Assembly: GCA_934178555.1 (NCBI GenBank)
Contig: CAKPQL010000006.1
Span: 6,102-70,101, forward strand
Reading direction: 5' to 3'
DNA length: 64,000 bases
Source of the DNA: an uncultured Clostridia bacterium
GTDB lineage: Bacteria; Bacillota; Clostridia; TANB77; CAG-508
This document shows positions 1 through 10,008 of this stretch, piece after piece (position 1 is the first letter of the stretch; each line of letters starts with the position of its first letter). Position numbers and translations under genes: made by a program. Below the pieces are notes generated by a model, which made no database searches, was not told where the DNA came from, and was given only the letters and a program-made list of their open reading frames with translations.

Positions 1-159
1 TGTAGTAATTTTGTTTATAAATTTACTTATATACTCTATACAATCTATCATTTCAACATTTATATTTTCGTAATTTTGTTCTATATATTGTTTTATAGCA
101 TTTGCTGCTGATTTATGTCCTCCACCATATGAACCATATAGTATTAAAATTTTTTCCAT
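1..159 (-). CDS. Glycosyltransferase, N-terminal fragment (MGDG-synthase / UgtP-like diacylglycerol glycosyltransferase family); gene continues off the left edge
   Basis: Minus-strand ATG at 157-159 with GGAGGAAGA RBS just upstream (rc of 161-169). Translation MEKILILYGSYGGGHKSAANAIKQYIEQNYENINVEMIDC has the G-rich GGGH start typical of this family. Absent from the ORF track because it is truncated. Confidence 0.55.
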   Translation of the reverse strand, partial: MEKILILYGSYGGGHKSAANAIKQYIEQNYENINVEMIDCIEYISKFINKITT

Positions 160-296
160 ATCTTCCTCCAAATCATTTTTTATAAATTATATCATTATTT
201 TTTTTTTATTCAAATACTATTAAAAAAATAATCCAATTTGTATAATTTATGAAATTTTATGCAAAATATATGTAAATTTATTTTTAGGAGGACATT

Positions 297-770
297 TTGA
301 AAAATAAAAATATTTTTACATTTATTTCACTAATATTTTTAGTATTAACATTTATTTATTTTCGTATAAATACAATACCAGTTAAAGTATACGCTGTAGG
401 TACTACAAATTCTACATCCGATCTTCAGCTTTTAGCACGAGCTATTAACGGAGAAGCTCGTGGAGAACCATATGAAGGTCAAGTAGCTGTTGGAGCTGTT
501 ATTTTAAACAGAGTAAAACATTCTAGCTTTCCTAATACAATCGCAGGAGTAATTTATCAATCTGGTGCATTTACAGCAGTATCAGATGGTCAAATAAACA
601 TTCCAATTTCACGAGGCTCAACTGTATTAAAAGCTGCCCAAGATGCATTAAATGGCTGGGATCCAACTAATGGATGCATTTATTATTTTAATCCCAATAC
701 TGCTACTAGTAGTTGGATTTGGTCAAGACAAATTGTTATGACAATTGGTAAACATCATTTTTGCAAATAA
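297..770 (+). CDS. sleB: Spore cortex-lytic cell wall hydrolase, SleB/CwlJ (Hydrolase_2) family
   Basis: TTG start at 297 with AGGAGGA RBS at 286-292. N-terminal signal anchor. Block LLARAINGEARGEPYEGQVAVGAVILNRV...SGAFTAV is typical of Hydrolase_2. Directly followed by ypeB. Confidence 0.85.
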   Translation: MKNKNIFTFISLIFLVLTFIYFRINTIPVKVYAVGTTNSTSDLQLLARAINGEARGEPYEGQVAVGAVILNRVKHSSFPNTIAGVIYQSGAFTAVSDGQINIPISRGSTVLKAAQDALNGWDPTNGCIYYFNPNTATSSWIWSRQIVMTIGKHHFCK

Positions 771-799
771 TGAACTTTAAGTACTATACCTAAAGTTCA
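771..799. repeat. Palindromic hairpin element, copy 1 (TGAACTTTAAGTACTATACCTAAAGTTCA), between sleB and ypeB
   Basis: Inverted repeat read directly. Related copies at 48773-48801, 50421-50449 and 55839-55866. Confidence 0.8.
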
Positions 800-821
800 A
801 ATAAGAAAGGATTTGAATTTA

Positions 822-2213
822 ATGAATTTTAAAGATAAAGTTATAGATTGGAAAAATAGATTAAAAGATAGACATATGTTTAGCATTATTATCGGTCTAA
901 TAATAGTATGCCTAATACTTGGTGGAGTAATTTATAAAAAGCAAAAAGAATACAGACAAGTTATGGAAAATCAATATAATTTAGCTTTTTTCGAATTAGT
1001 AGATTATGTTCAAAATGTTGAAAATTACCTTGCAAAATCATTAATTTCTACTTCTCCTGAACACGGTGCTGAAACATTAACTAAAGTTTGGAAAGAAGCA
1101 AATTTAGCGCAAATATATTTATCTCAACTTCCTATAAACAATGAAGGCTTATCTAACACTGCAAGATTCTTAAATCAAGTAAGTGATTACAGTTATTCTT
1201 TATCTAGGAAAAACATCAATCATGATGCTCTTACTCAGGAAGATTTAGATAACCTAGAAGAACTTCATAACTACTGTGTTGAATTGCAAAACACTCTTAA
1301 TCAGTTATCTACAGAAATGACAGATGGAACAATAAGTTGGAAAGAATTAACTAAAAAAGGAAGCACAATGTTTGCTCAACAAGTTAGTAATAATTCTAAA
1401 GATAGTTTTAGCAATATAGATTCTAATTTTGGCGAATATGCTGGATTAATTTATGATGGTGCTTATTCTGAACATATAGATAAAGCAGAAAAAAGAGGAT
1501 TAACAGGCGATGATGTATCTGAAGAACAGGCCAAGGAAATAGCAATAAGTTTAATTGGTTCAGATAGAATACAAGATATTAATTCTAATGGATTTTCTGA
1601 AAACGGAAATATACCTTCATACAGTTTTTCTATTACATTAAAGGATAATGATAAAAATAACCCTATAAGTATTTCTATATCTAAAAAAGGTGGGCATATT
1701 ATATTTATGAACCACAATAGAAATATAACAGCAGAAACAATTTCACAAGACGATGCAAATAAAATTGGGAAGGATTTTTTAACAAGCAAGGGCTATGCTA
1801 ATATGAAAGAAACATACTATATAAAGCAAGATGGCATTGTTACAATAAACTATGCATATAGTCAAAATGACGTAACTATTTATCCTGATTTAATTAAATT
1901 AAAAATTGCATTAGATAATGGAGAAATTCTAGGAATGGAAACCACTGGATATTTGAATTCGCATACTGAAAGAACTATTCCAACACCAACTATATCTATG
2001 GATGAAGCTAAATCTCATTTAAATAGCAAATTAGAAATTACCAGTGAAGGATTTGCAATTATACCAACAGAATGGAAAACAGAAGTATTTTGCTATGAAT
2101 TCAAAGGAAAAGTTAATAACACAGATTTTTTAGTTTATATAAACGCTGAAACTGGAAAAGAAGAGAATATATTAGTAATTATAAATACACCAAACGGAAC
2201 ATTAACTATGTAA
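822..2213 (+). CDS. ypeB: Germination protein YpeB (SleB partner; TM anchor plus PepSY-like C-terminal repeats)
   Basis: ATG at 822 lies 10 nt after RBS AGAAAGGA (804-811); the ORF-track TTG at 813 is too close to the RBS. N-terminal TM helix. Classic sleB-ypeB gene pair. Confidence 0.85.
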   Translation: MNFKDKVIDWKNRLKDRHMFSIIIGLIIVCLILGGVIYKKQKEYRQVMENQYNLAFFELVDYVQNVENYLAKSLISTSPEHGAETLTKVWKEANLAQIYLSQLPINNEGLSNTARFLNQVSDYSYSLSRKNINHDALTQEDLDNLEELHNYCVELQNTLNQLSTEMTDGTISWKELTKKGSTMFAQQVSNNSKDSFSNIDSNFGEYAGLIYDGAYSEHIDKAEKRGLTGDDVSEEQAKEIAISLIGSDRIQDINSNGFSENGNIPSYSFSITLKDNDKNNPISISISKKGGHIIFMNHNRNITAETISQDDANKIGKDFLTSKGYANMKETYYIKQDGIVTINYAYSQNDVTIYPDLIKLKIALDNGEILGMETTGYLNSHTERTIPTPTISMDEAKSHLNSKLEITSEGFAIIPTEWKTEVFCYEFKGKVNNTDFLVYINAETGKEENILVIINTPNGTLTM

Positions 2214-2384
2214 ATTTAAGACAAAAACACACTAAACAATAGAAATTAAAAATATCACACTTAAAATAATTTTAAGCCATATATCAATTTTTATATTGCA
2301 AAAATTTTCATTAATAATATATCTTATTTTGCAAATAATATATTTAGAAAGATATGATTTTATCTTTCTAAGGAGGGAATTATA

Positions 2385-2552
2385 ATGTCTATAAAAAACA
2401 CTATAATGTCTGAAAACCTTAAAGAAGAAATTGCAAAAGAACTAGGTGTATTCGACCAAGTAAAACAAGATGGTGGATGGGAAAATATCTCATCTAAGAC
2501 ATGTGGTAGTATGGTTAAAAAAGCTATAGAAATAGCAAATAGAAAAGTATAA
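2385..2552 (+). CDS. Small acid-soluble spore protein, alpha/beta type (short divergent form, 55 aa)
   Basis: Below the ORF-track size cut-off. GGAGGGA RBS at 2372-2378, ATG at 2385. MSIKNTIMSENLKEEIAKELGV...SSKTCGSMVKKAIEIA matches the SASP pattern K.EIA.ELGV...CG...VK. Replaces the spurious minus ORF 2360-2566. Confidence 0.65.
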   Translation: MSIKNTIMSENLKEEIAKELGVFDQVKQDGGWENISSKTCGSMVKKAIEIANRKV

Positions 2553-2554
2553 TA

Positions 2555-2588
2555 AAAAAGGGTCATTGTTCAATATGACCCTTTTTTT
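2555..2588. terminator. Bidirectional rho-independent terminator between the convergent SASP and GT4 genes
   Basis: AAAAA-GGGTCAT-loop-ATGACCC-TTTTTTT; stem arms at 2560-2566 and 2575-2581. Confidence 0.8.
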
Positions 2589-2596
2589 ATATCGAT

Positions 2597-3679
2597 TTAT
2601 TCTTTTCCCTCTTTTATTTTGAAAATATCTTTATAGCCAATCATAATTATTGCTACCATTATAAATGCAAAAGATATTGCCTTCCATATTCCACTTTCTA
2701 AAAGTATTATTGCAAACATTCCAAAAATTGCACTTATTCCATATAATATAAGAACTGCTTGTTTTTGAGTATATCCTCTTTTCATTAATCTATGATGTAT
2801 ATGACCATTATCTGCATTAAATATAGCTTTTATAGATTTTTCTTTTATTACTCTTCTAAAAATTGCAAATATTGTATCACATATAGGCAATGCCAACACT
2901 ATTAAAGGTGCAATCAATACAATGGCAGTATACGTCTTTGCCATTCCTAATATTGATATTATTGATAACGAATATCCTAAAAAATTAGTTCCAGTATCAC
3001 CTATAAAAGTTTTAGCTGGATTAAAATTGAATGGCAAAAATCCAACTATTCCTCCTGCTAATGCTGTTATTAATATTGTTGCAATTATAGGAGAATCATT
3101 TAATGAAAATATAATTACTAAAGATAAACAAGATATAAGTGATATTCCTGATGATAATCCATCTAATCCATCAATTAAATTTATTGCGTTAGTAATCACA
3201 ACAATCCACATTATTGTAATTATTTTAGAAATTACTTCACTTATACCAATCTCACTAAATACTTTCATATTTATTTGGTCTATTACAATTCCACTTTGTA
3301 CTACAATAAATGCAGCAATCACTTGTGCAGTTAATTTTACTAATGCTGGAACACCTCTTAAATCATCTATAAAACATACAATTCCTAGGATTAAAAAACC
3401 TAGAAAGAATCCAATCATTTTTATATAATAATTTTCTGGTCCTCTTAAATTTATTGTATTTTCTAAGGACATAACTATAAACAAGTATACTATTGAAACT
3501 ATAAAACCTGCTATTACAGCTAGTCCTCCAAGCCTTGGTACTGTTTTTTTATGTATCTTTCTTGGTTCTGTTGGTACATCTACTGCTCCAATTTTTTTTG
3601 CTAATCTTATTGTATATGGTGTTGCTACAAAGCTAGTTATAAAGGCTAACAAAAATGCTATTGCTATATCTCCCCACAT
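2597..3679 (-). CDS. Undecaprenyl-phosphate N-acetylhexosamine-1-phosphate transferase (glycosyltransferase family 4, TagO/WecA/MraY-like)
   Basis: Polytopic membrane protein with the NAINLIDGLDGL signature. Likely start is ATG 3679 (MWGDIAIAF) with AAGGAGA RBS; the ORF-track start at 3730 has no RBS. Confidence 0.8.
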   Translation of the reverse strand: MWGDIAIAFLLAFITSFVATPYTIRLAKKIGAVDVPTEPRKIHKKTVPRLGGLAVIAGFIVSIVYLFIVMSLENTINLRGPENYYIKMIGFFLGFLILGIVCFIDDLRGVPALVKLTAQVIAAFIVVQSGIVIDQINMKVFSEIGISEVISKIITIMWIVVITNAINLIDGLDGLSSGISLISCLSLVIIFSLNDSPIIATILITALAGGIVGFLPFNFNPAKTFIGDTGTNFLGYSLSIISILGMAKTYTAIVLIAPLIVLALPICDTIFAIFRRVIKEKSIKAIFNADNGHIHHRLMKRGYTQKQAVLILYGISAIFGMFAIILLESGIWKAISFAFIMVAIIMIGYKDIFKIKEGKE

Positions 3680-3841
3680 ATTTATTATCTCCTTTTTTGT
3701 AATTTTATATTTATTAATATAATTTGTCAAGGAAACCCTAAAATTTTGTCAATTTCAAAATTCACTTTATTTTTTGTGTAAAAAGGTATAGAATTATCAT
3801 ATTAATATAAAGAGACTGTTTGAAAGGAATGATAATTTTTT

Positions 3842-5230
3842 ATGAAAGAACTTACTGTTAATGATATTGTAAACGTATGCCATGCAAAACTTTTAAGTGG
3901 CGATGCTAATACCACAATTAATACATTTTCTAAAGATACTCGTACTATTCTACCTGGAGATTTATATATAGGTATAAAAGGCGAAAACTTTGATGGTAAT
4001 ATATTTTGTAAAAAAGCTTTAGAATTAGGTGCCATCGGTTGCATTACAGATAGTAACTTAGATGAATCTATTTTGCACGAGTACAAATCTAAAATTATTT
4101 TACAAGTAGAAAATTCTATAGTTGCACTACAAAAACTAGCAAACTATAAAAGAAAGCTATATAATATTCCCGTTATTGCAATTACAGGCAGTGTTGGGAA
4201 AACTAGTACCAAAGATATAATTGCAAGTGTTGTATCTCAAAAATATAAAGTATTAAAAACAGAGGGCAATCTAAATAACCAAATTGGATTACCTTTAACG
4301 TTATTAAAATTAAAAGACCATGACGCACTTGTAGTAGAAATGGGAATGGGAAATTTAGGTGAAATTAACAATCTTTCTAAGACAGCAGAACCTACTCTTG
4401 CAGTAATTACTAATATTGGTACTTCTCACATCGGTAATTTAGGTTCAAGAGAAAATATTTTAAAAGCTAAACTAGAAATTTTAAATGGATTATCCTCAGA
4501 TGGTAAATTAATAATCAATAATGATAATGATTTATTACATAAATACTACGAAGAAAATAAAAATGATAAAATCTTAACCTTCGGAATTGAAGAAAATTCA
4601 TTATTGAATCCAAGCAATATAAATTACAATAAAGATGACAGTACCTATGATATTACAATTGATAACAAACAATATACAGTTAAAGTGCCTGTTGGTGGAA
4701 AGCATTTTATATATAACAGCTTAGCAGCAATATCAGTTGGTTTGCAATTAAATATTCCTATTACAGATATTATATTAGGAATACAAAATTTTAATTTAAC
4801 AAAGAGCAGAATGGAAATTAATCATACCAAAGATAATATAATAGTTATTAATGATGCATATAATGCAAGTTATGATTCCATGAAAGCTGCACTTGAATAT
4901 TTAAAAGGATATTCAAATCAAAGAAAAATAGCAGTTTTAGGTGATATGCTAGAATTAGGAGATTTTTCAAAACAATTACATGAAAAAGTAGGAAATGAAG
5001 TTGTTAAAAACAATATTGATATTTTAGTTACAATAGGTAAAGAAGCAAAAAACATATATCAAAAATCTATTGATTTAGGTTTTAATTCTAATAATGCTTT
5101 CTCATTTGATAATAATGCTGAGGCTATACAAAAAATAAATGAAATTTTACAACCAAATGATGTAGTATTATTAAAGGCTTCTCATGGTATGAATTTTGCA
5201 GAAATTTTAAATGGAATTTTAGGTATGTAG
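3842..5230 (+). CDS. murF: UDP-N-acetylmuramoyl-tripeptide--D-alanyl-D-alanine ligase
   Basis: Mur ligase P-loop ITGSVGKTSTKD, the length, and the immediately following ddl. Confidence 0.9.
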   Translation: MKELTVNDIVNVCHAKLLSGDANTTINTFSKDTRTILPGDLYIGIKGENFDGNIFCKKALELGAIGCITDSNLDESILHEYKSKIILQVENSIVALQKLANYKRKLYNIPVIAITGSVGKTSTKDIIASVVSQKYKVLKTEGNLNNQIGLPLTLLKLKDHDALVVEMGMGNLGEINNLSKTAEPTLAVITNIGTSHIGNLGSRENILKAKLEILNGLSSDGKLIINNDNDLLHKYYEENKNDKILTFGIEENSLLNPSNINYNKDDSTYDITIDNKQYTVKVPVGGKHFIYNSLAAISVGLQLNIPITDIILGIQNFNLTKSRMEINHTKDNIIVINDAYNASYDSMKAALEYLKGYSNQRKIAVLGDMLELGDFSKQLHEKVGNEVVKNNIDILVTIGKEAKNIYQKSIDLGFNSNNAFSFDNNAEAIQKINEILQPNDVVLLKASHGMNFAEILNGILGM

Positions 5231-5238
5231 GAGGTTTT

Positions 5239-6285
5239 ATGAAAAAAATTGGTGTTATATTTGGTGGAATGTCTACCGAGCATGATGTTTCTATAGTTTC
5301 TGGAACATCTGTAATAAAAAATTTAGATAAAACAAAATATGAAATTTATCCAATTTACATTGATCAAAAAGGAAATTGGTATAAATATTCTGATCCAGAA
5401 GAAAAAATATTAGAAGTAGGAGCTAAGATTAATGCTACTGAAAAAATTGAAAATATTATTGAGTATTTGAAAAATCTAGATGTATTATTTCCTGTATTAC
5501 ATGGTTTATATGGAGAAGATGGAACAATACAAGGATTATTTGAATTACTAAATATTCCTTATGTTGGATGTAAAGTATTATCTTCTTGTATTGGAATGGA
5601 TAAAGTATATACAAAAATAGTTTTAGGAAAAGCAAATATTCCTCAAGCAAAATCTGTATATATTAGAAAATATAATGAAAACTACATTTATATAGATGAA
5701 TTTTTTAATGAAACTATTCTTTCATTAAAAGATTTATGTTTAATTATTTCCAACAAATTAGTTTTCCCTTTATTTGTAAAGCCATCAAACTCTGGTTCTT
5801 CTGTTGGTGTAAATAAAGCAAAAACTCTAGAAGAGCTAGAACATTGTATAGAATTTGCAAGCAAATACGATAAAAAAGTATTAGTTGAAGAATTTATAAA
5901 TGGACGTGAAGTTGAATGTGCTGTTATTGGTAATGAAGATGTTAAGGCTTCTTGTATTGGAGAAATATTGCCAGCAGAAGAATTTTATAGTTTTGATGCA
6001 AAATATAAAAATTCTAACTCTGCACTTTGCATACCTGCTAACTTACCAGAAAATATATCTAAAGAAATTAGAACTTTAGCAATAAAAGCTTTTAAAGCTA
6101 TAGATGGAAAAGGATTATCAAGAGTAGATTTTTTTGTAGATAAAGCAACTTCAAAAATATACTTAAATGAGATAAACACATTACCTGGATTTACGAATAT
6201 TAGTATGTATCCAAAATTATGGGAAGAAACTGGTATAAAATATAGCGAGTTATTAGACAAATTAATTGAATTAAGTTTGGAATAA
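5239..6285 (+). CDS. ddl: D-alanine--D-alanine ligase
   Basis: GGAGG RBS. GGMSTEHDVSIVSG N-terminus, ATP-grasp body, C-terminal EINTLPGFT motif. Confidence 0.9.
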   Translation: MKKIGVIFGGMSTEHDVSIVSGTSVIKNLDKTKYEIYPIYIDQKGNWYKYSDPEEKILEVGAKINATEKIENIIEYLKNLDVLFPVLHGLYGEDGTIQGLFELLNIPYVGCKVLSSCIGMDKVYTKIVLGKANIPQAKSVYIRKYNENYIYIDEFFNETILSLKDLCLIISNKLVFPLFVKPSNSGSSVGVNKAKTLEELEHCIEFASKYDKKVLVEEFINGREVECAVIGNEDVKASCIGEILPAEEFYSFDAKYKNSNSALCIPANLPENISKEIRTLAIKAFKAIDGKGLSRVDFFVDKATSKIYLNEINTLPGFTNISMYPKLWEETGIKYSELLDKLIELSLE

Positions 6286-6360
6286 TATATTGTAAAAGAT
6301 GCAATCATATTTGTTTTCACTAAATTATTTAATCTAACATATCTATACCAAGGAGGATTT

Positions 6361-6921
6361 ATGGAATTAGAAGAATTAAAAAATATATTAAAAAATAAAT
6401 TATCTGAAAAGAGATTTTATCACAGCTTATGTACAATGGAGATGTGTGAAAAATTAGCAACACACTATAATATAAATGTTGATGAAGCAAAACTTATTGG
6501 ATTAGCTCATGATATAGCCAAAGAAATGCCTTCAGAAGAAAAATTAAAATACGCCGCAGAAAACAACTTATCTGTTGATAATGTAGAAAAATCTGCTCCA
6601 TCCCTATTGCACGCCAAAATTGGGGCAGATATATGTAAAAAGCAATTGGGTTTTTCTAATAAAATGTGTACAGCAATTTCACTACATACTACTGGTGGAG
6701 AAAATATGGACACATTATCAAAAATATTATTTGTTTCTGATGGTATTGGATTAGATAGACATTGGGAAGATGTAGATTATGTACGAGATTTAGTATTAAA
6801 AGACTTAGATGCAAGTGTATTATATATGCTTAACTTAACAATAAAAGATTGCGTTGAAAAAAATAAGCCGATTCATATAAATACAATATTGGCTAGAAAT
6901 TATCTAATGCTTGAAAAGTAA
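6361..6921 (+). CDS. yqeK: HD-domain bis(5'-nucleosyl)-tetraphosphatase, YqeK family
   Basis: AAGGAGG RBS. RFYHSL...GLAHDIAKE HD motif, ~186 aa as in the YqeK family. Confidence 0.75.
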   Translation: MELEELKNILKNKLSEKRFYHSLCTMEMCEKLATHYNINVDEAKLIGLAHDIAKEMPSEEKLKYAAENNLSVDNVEKSAPSLLHAKIGADICKKQLGFSNKMCTAISLHTTGGENMDTLSKILFVSDGIGLDRHWEDVDYVRDLVLKDLDASVLYMLNLTIKDCVEKNKPIHINTILARNYLMLEK

Positions 6922-6943
6922 TTATTTAAGTTACTTTTCAAGC
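6909..6943 (+). terminator. 13-bp perfect hairpin overlapping the yqeK stop codon (no U-tract)
   Basis: GCTTGAAAAGTAA (6909-6921), 9-nt loop, TTACTTTTCAAGC (6931-6943). Confidence 0.4.
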
Positions 6944-7159
6944 CCCATACAATATTTTCATTAATTTTTGTATATAAAATAATATATTAATAAAAATCGA
7001 ACATCCGCTTCTACTATTATATACATTTATTATAGCAACAGTACAATTTAATTATTCTTCACATTATACTGCGTTTAAGGATGTGGCAGATTCTTATTAA
7101 TATATTATTTACAATACATATTTACTAGAAAGTCTTTAAAACATTATATCTAAGTTATC

Positions 7160-7687
7160 TTATGCATATTTTCTTTTCTCATATCCTTCAAAAACTTCAG
7201 ATATCTCTTTTTCTCCTGATGTATTAAGAATTATATCATGCGTTCTTAGTATATCTTTAATATCATCATCTAGTTTTGTTATATCATAACAATTTATTAT
7301 TTTTACTATACTATGTATTCTATTATTTTCAAAAAATCTATTCAAATTATTATTTACATTTTCTATATATTCTTTACTACCATTAACAATTATGCTTATT
7401 TTTCTTTTATTATTACAAACATTATTTAGATTCTCCTCCATTATTTCATATTTACTCATATCATTACTATTCCAATCTATATTCATTAATTCATTTTTAC
7501 TTTCATCGTTTAATGTTAATCTTGATAAAACTAATTTTACTTCTTCTGTTAAATTCTTTTGTGATATTGTTATAAACTTCTCTTCCTCTTTCGTTTTCTT
7601 GTCTAGATATGGAAGCAACATAGTGATTAAATGCAAATCACTAACACAAAAACTACATACTTTTTTAAAGTTTTGTTTGTCGTACAT
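7160..7687 (-). CDS. Hypothetical cytoplasmic protein, possibly MEDS-domain-like
   Basis: AAGGAGG RBS. No TM helix or signal peptide. The layout CSFCVSDLHL..LLPYL near the N-terminus and INCYDITKLDDDIKDILRTHDIILNTSGE near the C-terminus resembles the MEDS pattern (lCaYd...tHp.vi..g). The assignment is tentative. Confidence 0.35.
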   Translation of the reverse strand: MYDKQNFKKVCSFCVSDLHLITMLLPYLDKKTKEEEKFITISQKNLTEEVKLVLSRLTLNDESKNELMNIDWNSNDMSKYEIMEENLNNVCNNKRKISIIVNGSKEYIENVNNNLNRFFENNRIHSIVKIINCYDITKLDDDIKDILRTHDIILNTSGEKEISEVFEGYEKRKYA

Positions 7688-7938
7688 ACTTACAGCCTCC
7701 TTACATTTTTGTTCTGACTGGTAAATTTTACCATTTTATTTCAAATGTGTCAATATTATTACAGAAATATTACAAAGATTTTTATACACTAATTCGACAT
7801 TATTCATAATGTATATTTTTTTAATTTTGGTTAATACTTTTTATAAAGAAATATTTTAACAGTTTATATATTTACTGTTAAAAACTAAAAAATTTAGTTC
7901 CTTATAAATATTTTGGAACTTAGAACTCGGAGGTTATC

Positions 7939-8580
7939 GTGAAAAAATTTATATTTAACCGTTTTACATTAGTAATACTTCTACTATTATTATTTATATT
8001 CATATCAGCTCTATCTTATGCCACAAATGTTTCTGCACATTTAGCTGATAGTGTATTTAGATTGCACGTAATTGCTAACAGTGACGAAGATTTTGACCAA
8101 AATTTAAAATATAAAGTTAGAGACAAAGTAATTGAGTATATGCAAACACTTTGTCAAGATGGAACTTCTAAAGAAGATTATATAAACATAGCCAAAAATA
8201 ACTTATATGAGATAAAAGAAGTGGCAAAAAACACTATAATAGAAAATGGATTCAATTATGATGTAAATGTATATGTTGGTAACTTTGAATTTCCAACAAA
8301 AACATATGGAGATGTATCTTTCCCTGCTGGTTTTTATGATGCTTTAAGAATTGAAATAGGAAATGCAAGTGGCAAAAATTGGTGGTGCGTAATGTTTCCT
8401 CCTCTATGCTTTGTAGATATAACTTCCGGTGTTGTACCAGAAGAATCTAAGGAAACATTAAAAGATGAGATTTCTGCAGAAGAATTTGATTTAATTACCG
8501 GTGCTAATTCGGAAGTAAAATTCAAATTTAAAATTATAGAAATGTTCCAAAATTGGGGCTTAGTTGCAAATAAAATGTAG
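7939..8580 (+). CDS. spoIIR: Stage II sporulation protein R
   Basis: GTG start after GGAGG RBS. Signal anchor. FRLHVIANSD...NLKYKVRD...NWWCVMFPPLCF are hallmark SpoIIR blocks. Confidence 0.9.
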   Translation: MKKFIFNRFTLVILLLLLFIFISALSYATNVSAHLADSVFRLHVIANSDEDFDQNLKYKVRDKVIEYMQTLCQDGTSKEDYINIAKNNLYEIKEVAKNTIIENGFNYDVNVYVGNFEFPTKTYGDVSFPAGFYDALRIEIGNASGKNWWCVMFPPLCFVDITSGVVPEESKETLKDEISAEEFDLITGANSEVKFKFKIIEMFQNWGLVANKM

Positions 8581-8736
8581 TGGCTGATAACCACTACATT
8601 TTATTTTTAATTATATTTTTTATATTGATATATTAAATTTATTAAAAATAGTTGTAAAAGCAACTATTTTATGGTATATTTTTACAGGATAGAATGAATT
8701 TTTATGCAAAAATAAAAATATTCGGGGGTAATTTAA

Positions 8737-9996
8737 TTGGAAAAGTTAGTTATTACAGGGGGTACTCCTCTAAAAGGTGAAGTTATTATAAGTGGCGCAA
8801 AAAATGCTGCTGTAGCAATCCTACCTGCAACTTTATTAATAAATGGAATATGTACAATAGAAAATTTACCAAATATAAATGATGTTAAATTATATTGTGA
8901 AATATTAGAGAAAATAGGTGCAAAAATAACATGGAATACAAAAAATGAAATAACAATTGATACAAGAAATATCTGCTGTACAAAAGCACCTTTAGATATT
9001 ACAAGGAAATTTAGAGCTTCTTATTATTTAATTGGTTCTATGCTTGGCAGATGTAAAGATGTACAAGTTAGTTTACCTGGTGGATGCAATCTAGGTGCTA
9101 GACCTATAGATCAACACATAAAGGGATTTGAAGCATTAGGAGCTGTTGTAGATGTTAACCAAGGTAATATTACTGCAACTGCAAAGAAACTTACAGGAAC
9201 TTCTATTTATATGGATATTGTATCAGTTGGTGCAACAATAAATGTAATGCTTGCAAGTGTTTTAGCAGAAGGTACAACAATAATAGATAATGCCGCCAAA
9301 GAACCTCATATAGTAGATGTAGCCAATTTCTTAAATACAATGGGTGCTGATATAAGAGGAGCCGGAACAGATGTTATAAAAATAAATGGCGTAAAAGAAC
9401 TAAAAGGTGGAGCCACTTATTCTATCGTTCCTGATCAAATTGAAGCTGGTACATTTATGCTTGCTGCTATGGCAACAAAGGGTGATATTACTATAAAAAA
9501 TTGTATAACAAAGCATTTAGAGTCAATAACAGCAAAAATAGTTGAAATGGGCGGATATGTTGAAGAAAACGGTGATACTTTAAGAGTAAAATGTAATAAA
9601 AGGCCAAATAAAGCAAATATAAAGACACTACCTTATCCTGGTTTTCCTACTGATTTACAACCTCAAATGGGAGTAGTATTATCAATTTCCGACGGCACAA
9701 GTATTATAAATGAAAGTATTTGGGAATCTAGATTCCAATATACTCAAGAATTACTTAAAATGGGTGCAAAAATCACAGCACAAGGTAAATCTGCAATTTT
9801 TGAGGGAGTAAAAACTCTATCTGGAGCTCCAGTTTACTCTACTGATTTACGCGCTGGTGCTGCACTTATAATAGCTGGTATAGCAGCAAATGGAAAAACA
9901 GAAGTATACAATTTAGAACATATTGATAGAGGATATGAAAACATAGAAGATAAATTTAAAAAATTAGGTGCAAAAATCGAACGAGTAAACGAATAA
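8737..9996 (+). CDS. murA: UDP-N-acetylglucosamine 1-carboxyvinyltransferase
   Basis: EPSP-synthase fold protein, 419 aa. ISGAKNAAVAILPA N-terminus, active-site loop LPGGCNLGARPIDQH. Confidence 0.9.
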   Translation: MEKLVITGGTPLKGEVIISGAKNAAVAILPATLLINGICTIENLPNINDVKLYCEILEKIGAKITWNTKNEITIDTRNICCTKAPLDITRKFRASYYLIGSMLGRCKDVQVSLPGGCNLGARPIDQHIKGFEALGAVVDVNQGNITATAKKLTGTSIYMDIVSVGATINVMLASVLAEGTTIIDNAAKEPHIVDVANFLNTMGADIRGAGTDVIKINGVKELKGGATYSIVPDQIEAGTFMLAAMATKGDITIKNCITKHLESITAKIVEMGGYVEENGDTLRVKCNKRPNKANIKTLPYPGFPTDLQPQMGVVLSISDGTSIINESIWESRFQYTQELLKMGAKITAQGKSAIFEGVKTLSGAPVYSTDLRAGAALIIAGIAANGKTEVYNLEHIDRGYENIEDKFKKLGAKIERVNE

Positions 9997-10008
9997 GGAG
10001 AAATACAA

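Noticed and set aside
2360-2566. Minus-strand 68-aa ORF from the track
   Set aside because: It has no RBS. The opposite strand carries a well-initiated 55-aa SASP gene (2385-2552) ending in a clean terminator.
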